The notes under the pieces: model-generated | Databases searched by the model: none | Told to the model about the DNA's origin: nothing | What the model saw: only the letters and a program-made list of their open reading frames with translations | NCBI GenBank assembly: GCA_964016885.1 | Contig: OZ024741.1 | Coordinates: forward strand, 102,424,001-102,488,000 | Source: Eledone cirrhosa | Lineage: Eukaryota | Direction: 5' to 3' | DNA: 64,000 nt | In this document: positions 1-12,000 of the stretch, piece after piece | Position numbering within the stretch: position 1 is the first letter of the stretch | Layout: each line of letters starts with the position of its first letter | Position numbers and translations under genes: made by a program

Positions 1-3000
1 TTACAGAAGGCCAGTGTATAGTGAGGTGGGAGTTATGACAGAAGACATTACTGACTGAGATGGCTGGTCACAGAAGGCCAGTGTATAGTGAGGAGGGAGT
101 TATGACAGAAGACATTACTGACTGAGATGGCTGGTCACAGAAGGCCAGTGTATAGTGAGGTGGGAGTTATGACAGAAAACATTACTGACTCAGATGGCTG
201 GTCACAGAAGGCCAGTGTATACTGAAGTGGTAGTTATGACAGAAGACATTACTGACTGAGATGGCTGGTCACAGAAGGCCAGTGTATAGTGAGGTGGAAG
301 GAGTTATGACAGAAGACATTACTGACTGAGATGGCAGGTCACAGAAGGCCAGTGTATACTGAAGTGGTAGTTATGACAGAAGACATTACTGACTAAGATG
401 GCTGGTCACAGAAGACCAGTGTATAGAGAGGTGGGAGTTATGACAGAAGACATTACTGACTGAGATGGCTGGTCACAGAAGGCCAGTGTATAGTGAGGTG
501 GGAGTTATGACAGAAGACATTACTGACTGAGATGGCTGTTCACAGAAGGCCAGTGTATAATGAGGTGGGAGTTATGACAGAAGACATTACTGACCGAGAT
601 GGCTGGTCACAGAAGGCCAATGTATAGTGAGGTGGGAGATATGACAGAAGACATTACTGACTAAGATGGCTGGTCACAGGGGGACAGTGTAGAGTGAGAT
701 AGTAGTTATGACAGAAGACATTACTGACTGAGACGGCTGATCACAGAAGGCCAGTGTATAGTGAGGTGGGAGTTATGACAGAAGACATTACTGACTGAGA
801 TGACTGGTCACAGGGGGCCAGTGTACAGTGAGATAGTAGTTATGACAGAAGACATTACTGACTGAGATGGCTGGTCACAGAAGGCCACTGTATAGTGTGG
901 TGGGAGTTATGACAGAAGACATTACTGACTGAGATGGCTGGTGACAGAAGGCCAGTGTATAGTGAGGTGGGAGTTATGACAGAAGACATTACTGACTGAG
1001 ATGGCTGATCACAGAAGGCCAGTGTATAGTGAGCTGGGAGTTATGACAGAAGACATTACTGACTGAGATGGCTGGTCACAGAAGGCCAGTGTATAGTGAG
1101 ATAGTAGTTATGACAGAAGACATTACTGACTAAGATGGTTGATCACAGAAGGCCAGTGTATAGTAAGCTGGGAGTTATGACAGAAGACATTACTGACTGA
1201 GATGGCTGATCACAGAAGGCCAGTGTATAGTGAGGTGGGAGTTATGACAGAAGACATTACTGACTGAGATGGCTGGTCACAGGAGACCAGTGTATAGTGA
1301 GGTGGGAGGAGTTATGACAGAAGACATTAATGACTGAGATGGCTGGTCAAAGAAGGCCAGTGTATACTGAAGTGGTAGTTATGACAGAAGACATTACTGA
1401 CTGAGATGGCTGGTCACAGAAGGCCAGTGTATAGTGAGGTGGGAGTTATGACAGAAGACATTACTGACTGAGATGGCTGATCACAGGAGACCAGTGTATA
1501 GTGAGGTGGGAGTTATGACAGAAGACATTACTGACAGAGATGGCTGGTCACAGAAGGCCAGTGTATAGTGAGATAGTAGTTATGACAGAAGACATTACTG
1601 ACTAAGATGGTTGATCACAGAAGGCTAGTGTATAGTGAGCTGGGAGTTATGACAGAAGACATTACTGACTGAGATGGCTGGTCACAGAAGGCCAGTTTAT
1701 AGTGAGGTGGGAGTTATGACAGAAGACATTACTGACTGAGATGGCTGATCACAGAAGGCCAATGTATAGTGAGGTGGGAGTTATGACAGAAGACATTACT
1801 GACTGAGATGGCTGGTCACAGAAGGCCAGTGTATAGTGAAATGGGAGTTATGACAGAAGACATTACTGACTGAGATGGCTGGTTACAGAAGGCCATTGTA
1901 TAGTGAGGTGGGAGTTATGACAGAAGACATTACTGACTGAGATGGCTGGTCACAGAAGGCCAGTGTATAGTGAGGAGGGAGTTATGACAGAAGACATTAT
2001 TGACTGAGATGGCTGGTCACAGAAGGCCAGTGTATAGTGAGGTGGGAGTTATGACAGAAAACATTACTGACTCAGATGGCTGGTCACAGAAGGCCAGTGT
2101 ATACTGAAGTGGTAGTTATGACAGAAGACATTACTGACTGAGATGGCTGGTCACAGAAGGCCAGTGTATAGTGAGGTGGAAGGAGTTATGACAGAAGACA
2201 TTACTGACTGAGATGGCAGGTCACAGAAGGCCAGTGTATACTGAAGTGGTAGTTATGACAGAAGACATTACTGACTAAGATGGCTGGTCACAGAAGACCA
2301 GTGTATAGAGAGGTGGGAGTTATGACAGAAGACATTACTGACTGAGATGGCTGGTCACAGAAGGCCAGTGTATAGTGAGGTGGGAGTTATGACAGAAGAC
2401 ATTACTGACTGAGATGGCTGTTCACAGAAGGCCAGTGTATAGTGAGGTGGGAGTTATGACAGAAGACATTACTGACCGAGATGGCTGGTCACAGAAGGCC
2501 AATGTATAGTGAGGTGGGAGATATGACAGAAGACATTACTGACTAAGATGGCTGGTCACAGGGGGACAGTGTAGAGTGAGATAGTAGTTATGACAGAAGA
2601 CATTACTGACTGAGACGGCTGATCACAGAAGGCCAGTGTATAGTGAGGTGGGAGTTATGACAGAAGACATTACTGACTGAGATGACTGGTCACAGGGGGC
2701 CAGTGTACAGTGAGATAGTAGTTATGACAGAAGACATTACTGACTGAGATGGCTGGTCACAGAAGGCCAGTGTATAGTGAGATAGTAGTTATGACAGAAG
2801 ACATTACTGACTAAGATGGTTGATCACAGAAGGCCAGTGTATAGTAAGCTGGGAGTTATGACAGAAGACATTACTGACTGAGATGGCTGATCACAGAAGG
2901 CCAGTGTATAGTGAGGTGGGAGCTATGACAGAAGACATTACTGACTGAGATGGCTGGTCACAGAAGGCGAGTGTATAGTGAGGTGAGAGTTATGACAGAA

Positions 3001-6000
3001 GACATTACTGACTGAGATGGCTGGTCACAGAAGGCCAGTGTATAGTGAGGTGGTAGTTATGACAGAAGACATTACTGACTGAGATGGCTGGTCTCAGAAG
3101 GCCAGTGTATAGTGAGGTTGGAGTTATGACAGAAGACATTACTGACTGAGATGGCTGGTCACAGGAGACCAGTGTATAGTGAGGTGGGAGGAGTTATGAC
3201 ATAAGACATTAATGACTGAGATGGCTGGTCAAAGAAGGCCAGTGTATACTGAAGTGGTAGTTATGACAGAAGACATTACTGACTGAGATGGCTTGTCACA
3301 GAAGACCAGTGTATAGAGAGGTGGGAGTTATGACAGAAGACATTACTGACTGAGATGGCTGGTCACAGAAGGCCAGTGTATAGTGAGGTGGGAGTTATGA
3401 CAGAAGACATTACTGACTGAGATGGCTGGTCACAGAAGGCCAGTATATAGTGAGGTGGGAGTTATGACAGAAGACATTACTGACTGAGATGGCTGGTCAC
3501 AGAAGGCCAGTGTATACTGAAGTGGTAGTTATGACAGAAGACATTACTGACTGAGATGGCTGGTCACAGAAGGCCAGTGTATAGTGAGGTGGGAGTTATG
3601 ACAGAAGACATTACTGACTGAGATGGCTGGTCACAGAAGGCCAGTGTATAGTGAGGTGGGAGTTATGACAGAAGAGATTACTGACTGAGATGGCTGGTCT
3701 CAGAAGGCCAGTGTATAGTGAGGTGGGAGTTATGACAGAAGACATTACTGACTGAGATGGCTGGTCACAGGAGACCAGTGTATAGTGAGGTGGGAGGAGT
3801 TATGACAGAAGACATTAATGACTGAGATGGCTGGTCACAGAAGGCCAGTGTATACTGAAGTGGTAGTTATGACAGAAGACATTACTGACTGAGATGGCTG
3901 GTCTCAGAAGGCCAGTGTATAGTGAGGTGGGAGTTATGACAGAAGACATTACTGACTGAGATGGCTGGTCACAGGAGACCAGTGTATAGTGAGGTGGGAG
4001 GAGTTATGACAGAAGACATTAATGACTGAGATGGCTGGTCAAAGAAGGCCAGTGTATACTGAAGTGGTAGTTATGACAGAAGACATTACTGACTGAGATG
4101 GCTGGTCACAGAAGGCCAGTGTATAGTGAGGTGGGAGTTATGACAGAAGACATTACTGACTGAGATGGCTGATCACAGGAGACCAGTGTATAGTGAGGTG
4201 GGAGTTATGACAGAAGACATTACTGACAGAGAAGGCTGGTCACAGAAGGCCAGTGTATAGTGAGATAGTAGTTATGACAGAAGACATTACTGACTAAGAG
4301 GGTTGATCACAGAAGGCTAGTGTATAGTGAGCTGGGAGTTATGACAGAAGACATTACTGACTGAGATGGCTGGTCACAGAAGGCCAGTTTATAGTGAGGT
4401 GGGAGTTATGACAGAAGACATTACTGACTGAGATGGCTGATCACAGAACGCCAGTGTATACTGAAGTGGTAGTTATGACAGAAGACATTACTAACTGAGA
4501 TGGCTGGTCACAGAAGACCAGTGTATATTGAGGTGGGAGTTATGAAAGAAGATATTACTGACTGAGATGGCTGGTCACAGAAGGCCAGTGTATAGTGAAA
4601 TGGGAGTTATGACAGAAGACATTACTGACTGAGATGGCTGATCACAAAAGGCCAGTGTATAGTGAGGTGGGAGTTATGACAGAAGACATTACTGACTGAG
4701 ATGGCTGGTCACAGAAGGCCAGTGTATACTGAAGTGGTAGTTATGACAGAAGACATTACTGACTGAGATGGCTGGTCACAGGAGACCAGTGTATACTGAA
4801 GTGGTAGTTATGACAGAAGACATTACTGATTGAGATGACTGGCCACAGAAGGCCAGTGTATAGTGAGGTGGGAGTTATGACAGAAGACATTACTGACTGA
4901 GATGGCTGGTCACAGAAGGCCAGTGTATACTGAAGTGGTAGTTATGACAGAAGACATTACTGACTGAGATGGCTGGTCACAGAAGGCCAGTGTATAGTGA
5001 GGTGGGAGTTATGACAGAAGACATTACTGACTGAGATGGCTGGTCACAGAAGGCCAGTGTATAGTGAGGTGGGAGTTATGACAGAAGACATTACTGACTG
5101 AGATGGCTGGTCACAGAAGGCCAGTGTATACTGAAGTGGTAGTTATAACAGAAGACATTACTGACTGAGATGGCTGGTCTCAGAAGGCCAGTGTATAGTG
5201 AGGTGGGAGTTATGACAGAAGACATTACTGACTGAGATGGCTGGTCACAGGAGACCAGTGTATAGTGAGGTGGGAGGAGTTATGACAGAAGACATTAATG
5301 ACTGAGATGGCTGGTCAAAGAAGGCCAGTGTATACTGAAGTGGTAGTTATGACAGAAGACATTACTGACTGAGATGGCTGGTCACAGAAGGCCAGTGTAT
5401 AGTGAGGTGGGAGTTATGACAGAAGACATTACTGACTGAGATGGCTGGTCACAGAAGGCCAGTGTATAGTGAGGAGGGAGTTATGACAGAAGACATTACT
5501 GACTGAGATGGCTGGTCACAGAAGGCCAGTGTATAGTGAGGTGGGAGTTATGACAGAAGACATTACTGACTCAGATGGCTGGTCACAGAAGGCCAGTGTA
5601 TACTGAAGTGGTAGTTATGACAGAAGACATTACTGACTGAGATGGCTGGTCACAGAAGGCCAGTGTATAGTGAGGTGGGAGTTATGACAGAAGACATTAC
5701 TGACTGAGATGGCTGGTCACAGAAGGCCAGTGTATAGTGAGGTGGGAGTTATGACAGAAGACATTACTGACTGAGATGGCTGGTCACAGAAGGCCAGTGT
5801 ATAGTGAGGTGGGAGTTATGACAGAAGACATTACTGACTGAGATGGCTGGTCACAGGAGACCAGTGTATAGTGAAGATGAAGGAGTTATGACAGAAGACA
5901 TTACTGACTGAGATGGCTGGTCACAGAAGACCAGTGTATAGAGAGGTGGGAGTTAAGACAGAAGATATTACTGACTGAGATGGCTGGTCACAGAAGGCAA

Positions 6001-9000
6001 GTGTATAGTGAGGTGGGAGTTATGACAGAAGACATTACTGACTGAGATGGCTGTTCACAGAAGGCCAGTGTATAGTGAGGTGGGAGTTATGACAGAAGAC
6101 ATTACTGACCGAGATGGCTGGTCACAGAAGGCCAGTGTATAGTGAGGTGGGAGATATGACAGAAGACATTACTGACTGAGATGGCTGGTCACAGGGGGAC
6201 AGTGTAGAGTGAGATAGTAGTTATGACAGAAGACATTACTGACTGAGATGGCTGATGACAGAAGGCCAGTGTATAGTGAGGTGGGAGATTTGACAGAAGA
6301 CATTACTGACTGAGATGGCTGGTCACAGGGGGCCAGTGTACAGTGAGATAGTAGTTATGACAGAAGACATTACTGACTGAGATGGCTGGTCACAGAAGGC
6401 CACTGTATAGTGTGGTGGGAGTTATGACAGAAGACATTACTGACTGAGATGGCTGGTCACAGAAGGCCAGTGTATAGTGAGGTGGGAGTTATGACAGAAG
6501 ACATTACTGACTGAGATGGCTGATCACAGGAGACCAGTGTATAGTGAGGTGGGAGTTATGACAGAAGACATTACTGACTGAGATGGCTGGTCACAGAAGG
6601 CCAGTGTATAGTGAGATAGTAGTTATGACAGAAGACATTACTGACTAAGATGGTTGATCACAGAAGGCCAGTGTATAGTGAGGTGGGAGTTATGACAGAA
6701 GACATTACTGACTGAGATGGCTGATCACAGAAGGCCAATGTATAGTGAGGTGGGAGCTATGACAGAAGACATTACTGACTGAGATGGCTGGTCACAGAAG
6801 GCCAGTGTATAGTGAGGTGGGAGTTATGACAGAAGACATTACTGACTGAGATGGCTGGTCACAGAAGGCCAGTGTATAGTGAGGTGGGAGGAGTTATGAC
6901 AGAAGACATTACTGACTGAGATGGCTGGTCACAGAAGGCCAGTGTATAGTGAGGTGGGAGCTATGACAGAAGACATTACTGACTGAGATGGCTGGTCACA
7001 GAAGGCCAGTGTATAGTGAGGTGGGAGTTATGACAGAAGACATTACTGACTGAGATGGCTGGTCACAGAAGGCCAGTGTATAGTGAGGTGGGAGTTATGA
7101 CAGAAGACATTACTGACTGAGATGGCTGGTCACAGAAGGCCAGTGTATAGTGAGGTGGGAGTTATGACAGGAAGACATTACTGACTGAGATGGCTGGTCA
7201 CAGAAGGCCAGTGTATAGTGAGGTGGGAGTTATGACAGAAGACATTACTGACTGAGATGGCTGGTCACAGAAGGCCAGTGTATAGTGAGGTGGGAGTTAT
7301 GACAGAATACATTACTGACTGAGATGGCAGGTCACAGAAGGCCAGTGTATAGTGAGGTGGGAGTTATGACAGAAGACATTACTGACTGAGATGGCTGATC
7401 ACAGAAGGCCAGTGTATAGTGAGTTGGGAGTTATGACAGAAGACATTACTGACTGAGATGGCTGGTCACAGAAGGCCAGTGTATAGTGAGGTGGGAGTTA
7501 TGACAGAAGACATTACTGACTGAGATGGCTGGTCACAGAAGGCCAGTATATAGTGAGGTGGGAGTTATGACAGAAGACATTACTGACTGAGATGGCTGGT
7601 CACAGAAGGCCAGTGTATACTGAAGTGGTAGTTATGACAGAAGACATTACTGACTGAGATGGCTGGTCACAGAAGGCCAGTGTATAGTGAGATAGTAGTT
7701 ATGACAGAAGACATTACTAACTGAGATGGCTGGTCACAGAAGGCCAGTGTATACTGAAGTGGTAGTTATGACAGAAGACATTACTGACTGAGATGGCTGG
7801 TCACAGAAGACCAGTGTATAGTGAGATAGTAGTTATGACAGAAGACATTACTGACTGAGATGGCTGGTCACAGAAGGCCAGTATATAGTGAGGTGGGAGT
7901 TATGACAGAAGACATTACTGACTGAGATGGCTGGTCACAGAAGGCCAGTGTATACTGAAGTGGTAGTTATGACAGAAGACATTACTGACTGAGATGGCTG
8001 GTCACAGAAGGCCAGTGTATAGTGAGATAGTAGTTATGACAGAAGACATTACTGACTGAGATGGCTGGTCACAGAAGGCCAGTGTATAGTGGGGTGGGAG
8101 TTATGACAGAAGACATTACTGACTGAGATGGCTGGTCACAGAAGGCCAGTGTATAGTGAGGTGGGAGTTATGACAGAAGACATTACTGACTGAGATGGCT
8201 GGTCACAGAAGGCCAGTGTATAGTGAGGAGGGAGTTATGACAGAAGACATTACTGACTGAGATGGCTGGTCACAGAAGGCCAGTGTATAGTGAGGTGGGA
8301 GTTATGACAGAAGACATTACTGACTGAGATGGCTGGTCACAGAAGGCCAGTGTATACTGAAGTGGTAGTTATGACAGAAGACATTACTGACTGAGATGGC
8401 TGGTCACAGAAGGCCAGTGTATAGTGAGGTGGGAGTTATGACAGAAGACATTACTGACTGAGATGGCTGGTCACAGAAGGCCAGTGTATAGTGAGGTGGG
8501 AGTTATGACAGAAGACATTACTGACTGAGATGGCTGGTCACAGAAGGCCAGTGTATAGTGAGGTGGGAGTTATGACAGAAGACATTACTGACTGAGATGG
8601 CTGGTCACAGGAGACCAGTGTATAGTGAAGATGAAGGAGTTATGACAGAAGACATTACTGACTGAGATGGCTGGTCACAGAAGACCAGTGTATAGAGAGG
8701 TGGGAGTTAAGACAGAAGACATTACTGACTGAGATGGCTGGTCACAGAAGGCCAGTGTATAGTGAGGTGGGAGTTATGACAGAAGACATTACTGACTGAG
8801 ATGGCTGTTCACAGAAGGCCAGTGTATAGTGAGGTGGGAGTTATGACAGAAGACATTACTGACCGAGATGGCTGGTCACAGAAGGCCAGTGTATAGTGAG
8901 GTGGGAGATATGACAGAAGACATTACTGACTGAGATGGCTGGTCACAGGGGGACAGTGTAGAGTGAGATAGTAGTTATGACAGAAGACATTACTGACTGA

Positions 9001-12000
9001 GATGGCTGATGACAGAAGGCCAGTGTATAGTGAGGTGGGAGATTTGACAGAAGACATTACTGATTGAGATGGCTGGTCACAGGGGGCCAGTGTACAGTGA
9101 GATAGTAGTTATGACAGAAGACATTACTGACTGAGATGGCTGGTCACAGAAGGCCACTGTATAGTGTGGTGGGAGTTATGACAGAAGACATTACTGACTG
9201 AGATGGCTGGTCACAGAAGGCCAGTGTATAGTGAGGTGGGAGTTATGACAAGACATTACTGACTGAGATGGCTGATCACAGGAGACCAGTGTATAGTGAG
9301 GTGGGAGTTATGACAGAAGACATTACTGACTGAGATGGCTGGTCACAGAAGGCCAGTGTATAGTGAGATAGTAGTTATGACAGAAAACATTACTGACTAA
9401 GATGGTTGATCACAGAAGGCCAGTGTATAGTGAGGTGGGAGTTATGACAGAAGACATTACTGACTGAGATGGCTGATCACAGAAGGCCAGTGTATAGTGA
9501 GGTGGGAGCTATGACAGAAGACATTACTGACTGAGATGGCTGGTCACAGAAGGCCAGTGTATAGTGAGGTGGGAGTTATGACAGAAGACATTACTGACTG
9601 AGATGGCTGGTCACAGAAGGCCAGTGTATAGTGAGGTGGGAGTTATGACAGAAGACATTACTGACTGAGATGGCTGGTCACAGAAGGCCAGTGTATAGTG
9701 AGGTGGGAGGAGTTATGACAGAAGACATTACTGACTGAGATGGCTGGTCTCAGAAGGCCAGTGTATAGTGAGGTGGGAGCTATGACAGAAGACATTACTG
9801 ACTGAGATGGCTGGTCACAGAAGGCCAGTGTATAGTGAGGTGGGAGTTATGACAGAAGACATTACTGACTGAGATGGCTGGTCACAGAAGGCCAGTGTAT
9901 AGTGAGGTGGGAGTTATGACAGAAGACATTACTGACTGAGATGGCTGGTCACAGAAGGCCAGTGTATAGTGAGGTGGGAGTTATGACAGAAGACATTACT
10001 GACTGAGATGGCTGGTCACAGAAGGCCAGTGTATAGTGAGGTGGGAGTTATGACAGAAGACATTACTGACTGAGATGGCTGGTCACAGAAGGCCAGTGTA
10101 TAGTGAGGTGGGAGTTATGACAGAATACATTACTGACTGAGATGGCAGGTCACAGAAGGCCAGTGTATAGTGAGGTGGGAGTTATGACAGAAGACATTAC
10201 TGACTGAGATGGCTGATCACAGAAGGCCAGTGTATAGTGAGTTGGGAGTTATGACAGAAGACATTACTGACTGAGATGGCTGATCACAGAAGGCCAGTGT
10301 ATAGTGAGGTGGGAGTTATGACAGAAGACATTACTGACTGAGATGGCTGATCACAGAAGGCCAGTGTACACTGAAGTGGTAGTTATGACAGAAGACATTA
10401 CTGACTGAGATGGCTGGTCACAGAAGGCCAGTGTATAGTGAGGTGGGAGTTATGACAGAAGACATTACTGACTGAGATGGCTGGTCACAAGAGGCCAGTA
10501 TATAGTGAGGTGGGAGTTATGACAGAAGACATTACTGACTGAGATGGCTGGTCACAGAAGGCCAGTGTATACTGAAGTGGTAGTTATGACAGAAGACATT
10601 ACTGACTGAGATGGCTGGTCACAGAAGGCCAGTGTATAGTGAGATAGTAGTTATGACAGAAGACATTACTAACTGAGATGGCTGGTCACAGAAGGCCAGT
10701 GTATACTGAAGTGGTAGTTATGACAGAAGACATTACTGACTGAGATGGCTGGTCACAGAAGGCCAGTGTATAGTGAGATAGTAGTTATGACAGAAGACAT
10801 TACTGACTGAGATGGCTGGTCACAGAAGGCCAGTATATAGTGAGGTGGGAGTTATGACAGAAGACATTACTGACTGAGATGGCTGGTCACAGAAGGCCAG
10901 TGTATACTGAAGTGGTAGTTATGACAGAAGACATTACTGACTGAGATGGCTGGTCACAGAAGGCCAGTGTATAGTGAGATAGTAGTTATGACAGAAGACA
11001 TTACTGACTGAGATGGCTGGTCACAGAAGGCCAGTGTATAGTGAGGTGGGAGTTATGACAGAAGACATTACTGACTGAGATGGCTGGTCACAGAAGGCCA
11101 GTATATAGTGAGGTGGGAGTTATGACAGAAGACATTACTGACTGAGATGGCTGGTCACAGAAGGCCAGTGTATACTGAAGTGGTAGTTATGACAGAAGAC
11201 ATTACTGACTGAGATGGCTGGTCACAGAAGGCCAGTGTATAGTGAGATAGTAGTTATGACAGAAGACATTACTGACTGAGATGGCTGGTCACAGAAGGCC
11301 AGTGTATAGTGAGGTGGGAGTTATGACAGAAGACATTACTGACTGAGATGGCTGGTCACAGAAGGCCAGTATATAGTGAGGTGGGAGTTATGACAGAAGA
11401 CATTACTGACTGAGATGGCTGGTCACAGAAGGCCAGTGTATACTGAAGTGGTAGTTATGACAGAAAACATTACTGACTGAGATGGCTGGTCACAGAAGGC
11501 CAGTGTATAGTGAGGTGGGAGTTATGACAGAAGACATTACTGACTGAGATGGCTGGTCACAGAAGGCCAGTATATAGTGAGGTGGGAGTTATGACAGAAG
11601 ACATTACTGACTGAGATGGCTGGTCACAGAAGGCCAGTGTATAGTGAGGTGGTAGTTATGACAGAAAACATTACTGACTGAGATGGCTGGTCACAGAAGG
11701 CCAGTGTATAGTGAGATAGTAGTTATGACAGAAGACATTACTGACTGAGATGGCTGGTCACAGAAGGCCAGTGTATACTGAAGTGGTAGTTATGACAGAA
11801 GACATTACTGACTGAGATGGCTGGTCTCAGAAGGCCAGTGTATAGTGAGGTGGGAGTTATGACAGAAGACATTACTGACTGAGATGGCTGGTCACAGGAG
11901 ACCAGTGTATTGTGAGGTGGGAGGAGTTATGACAGAAGACATTAATGACTGAGATGGCTGGTCAAAGAAGGCCAGTGTATACTGAAGTGGTAGTTATGAA

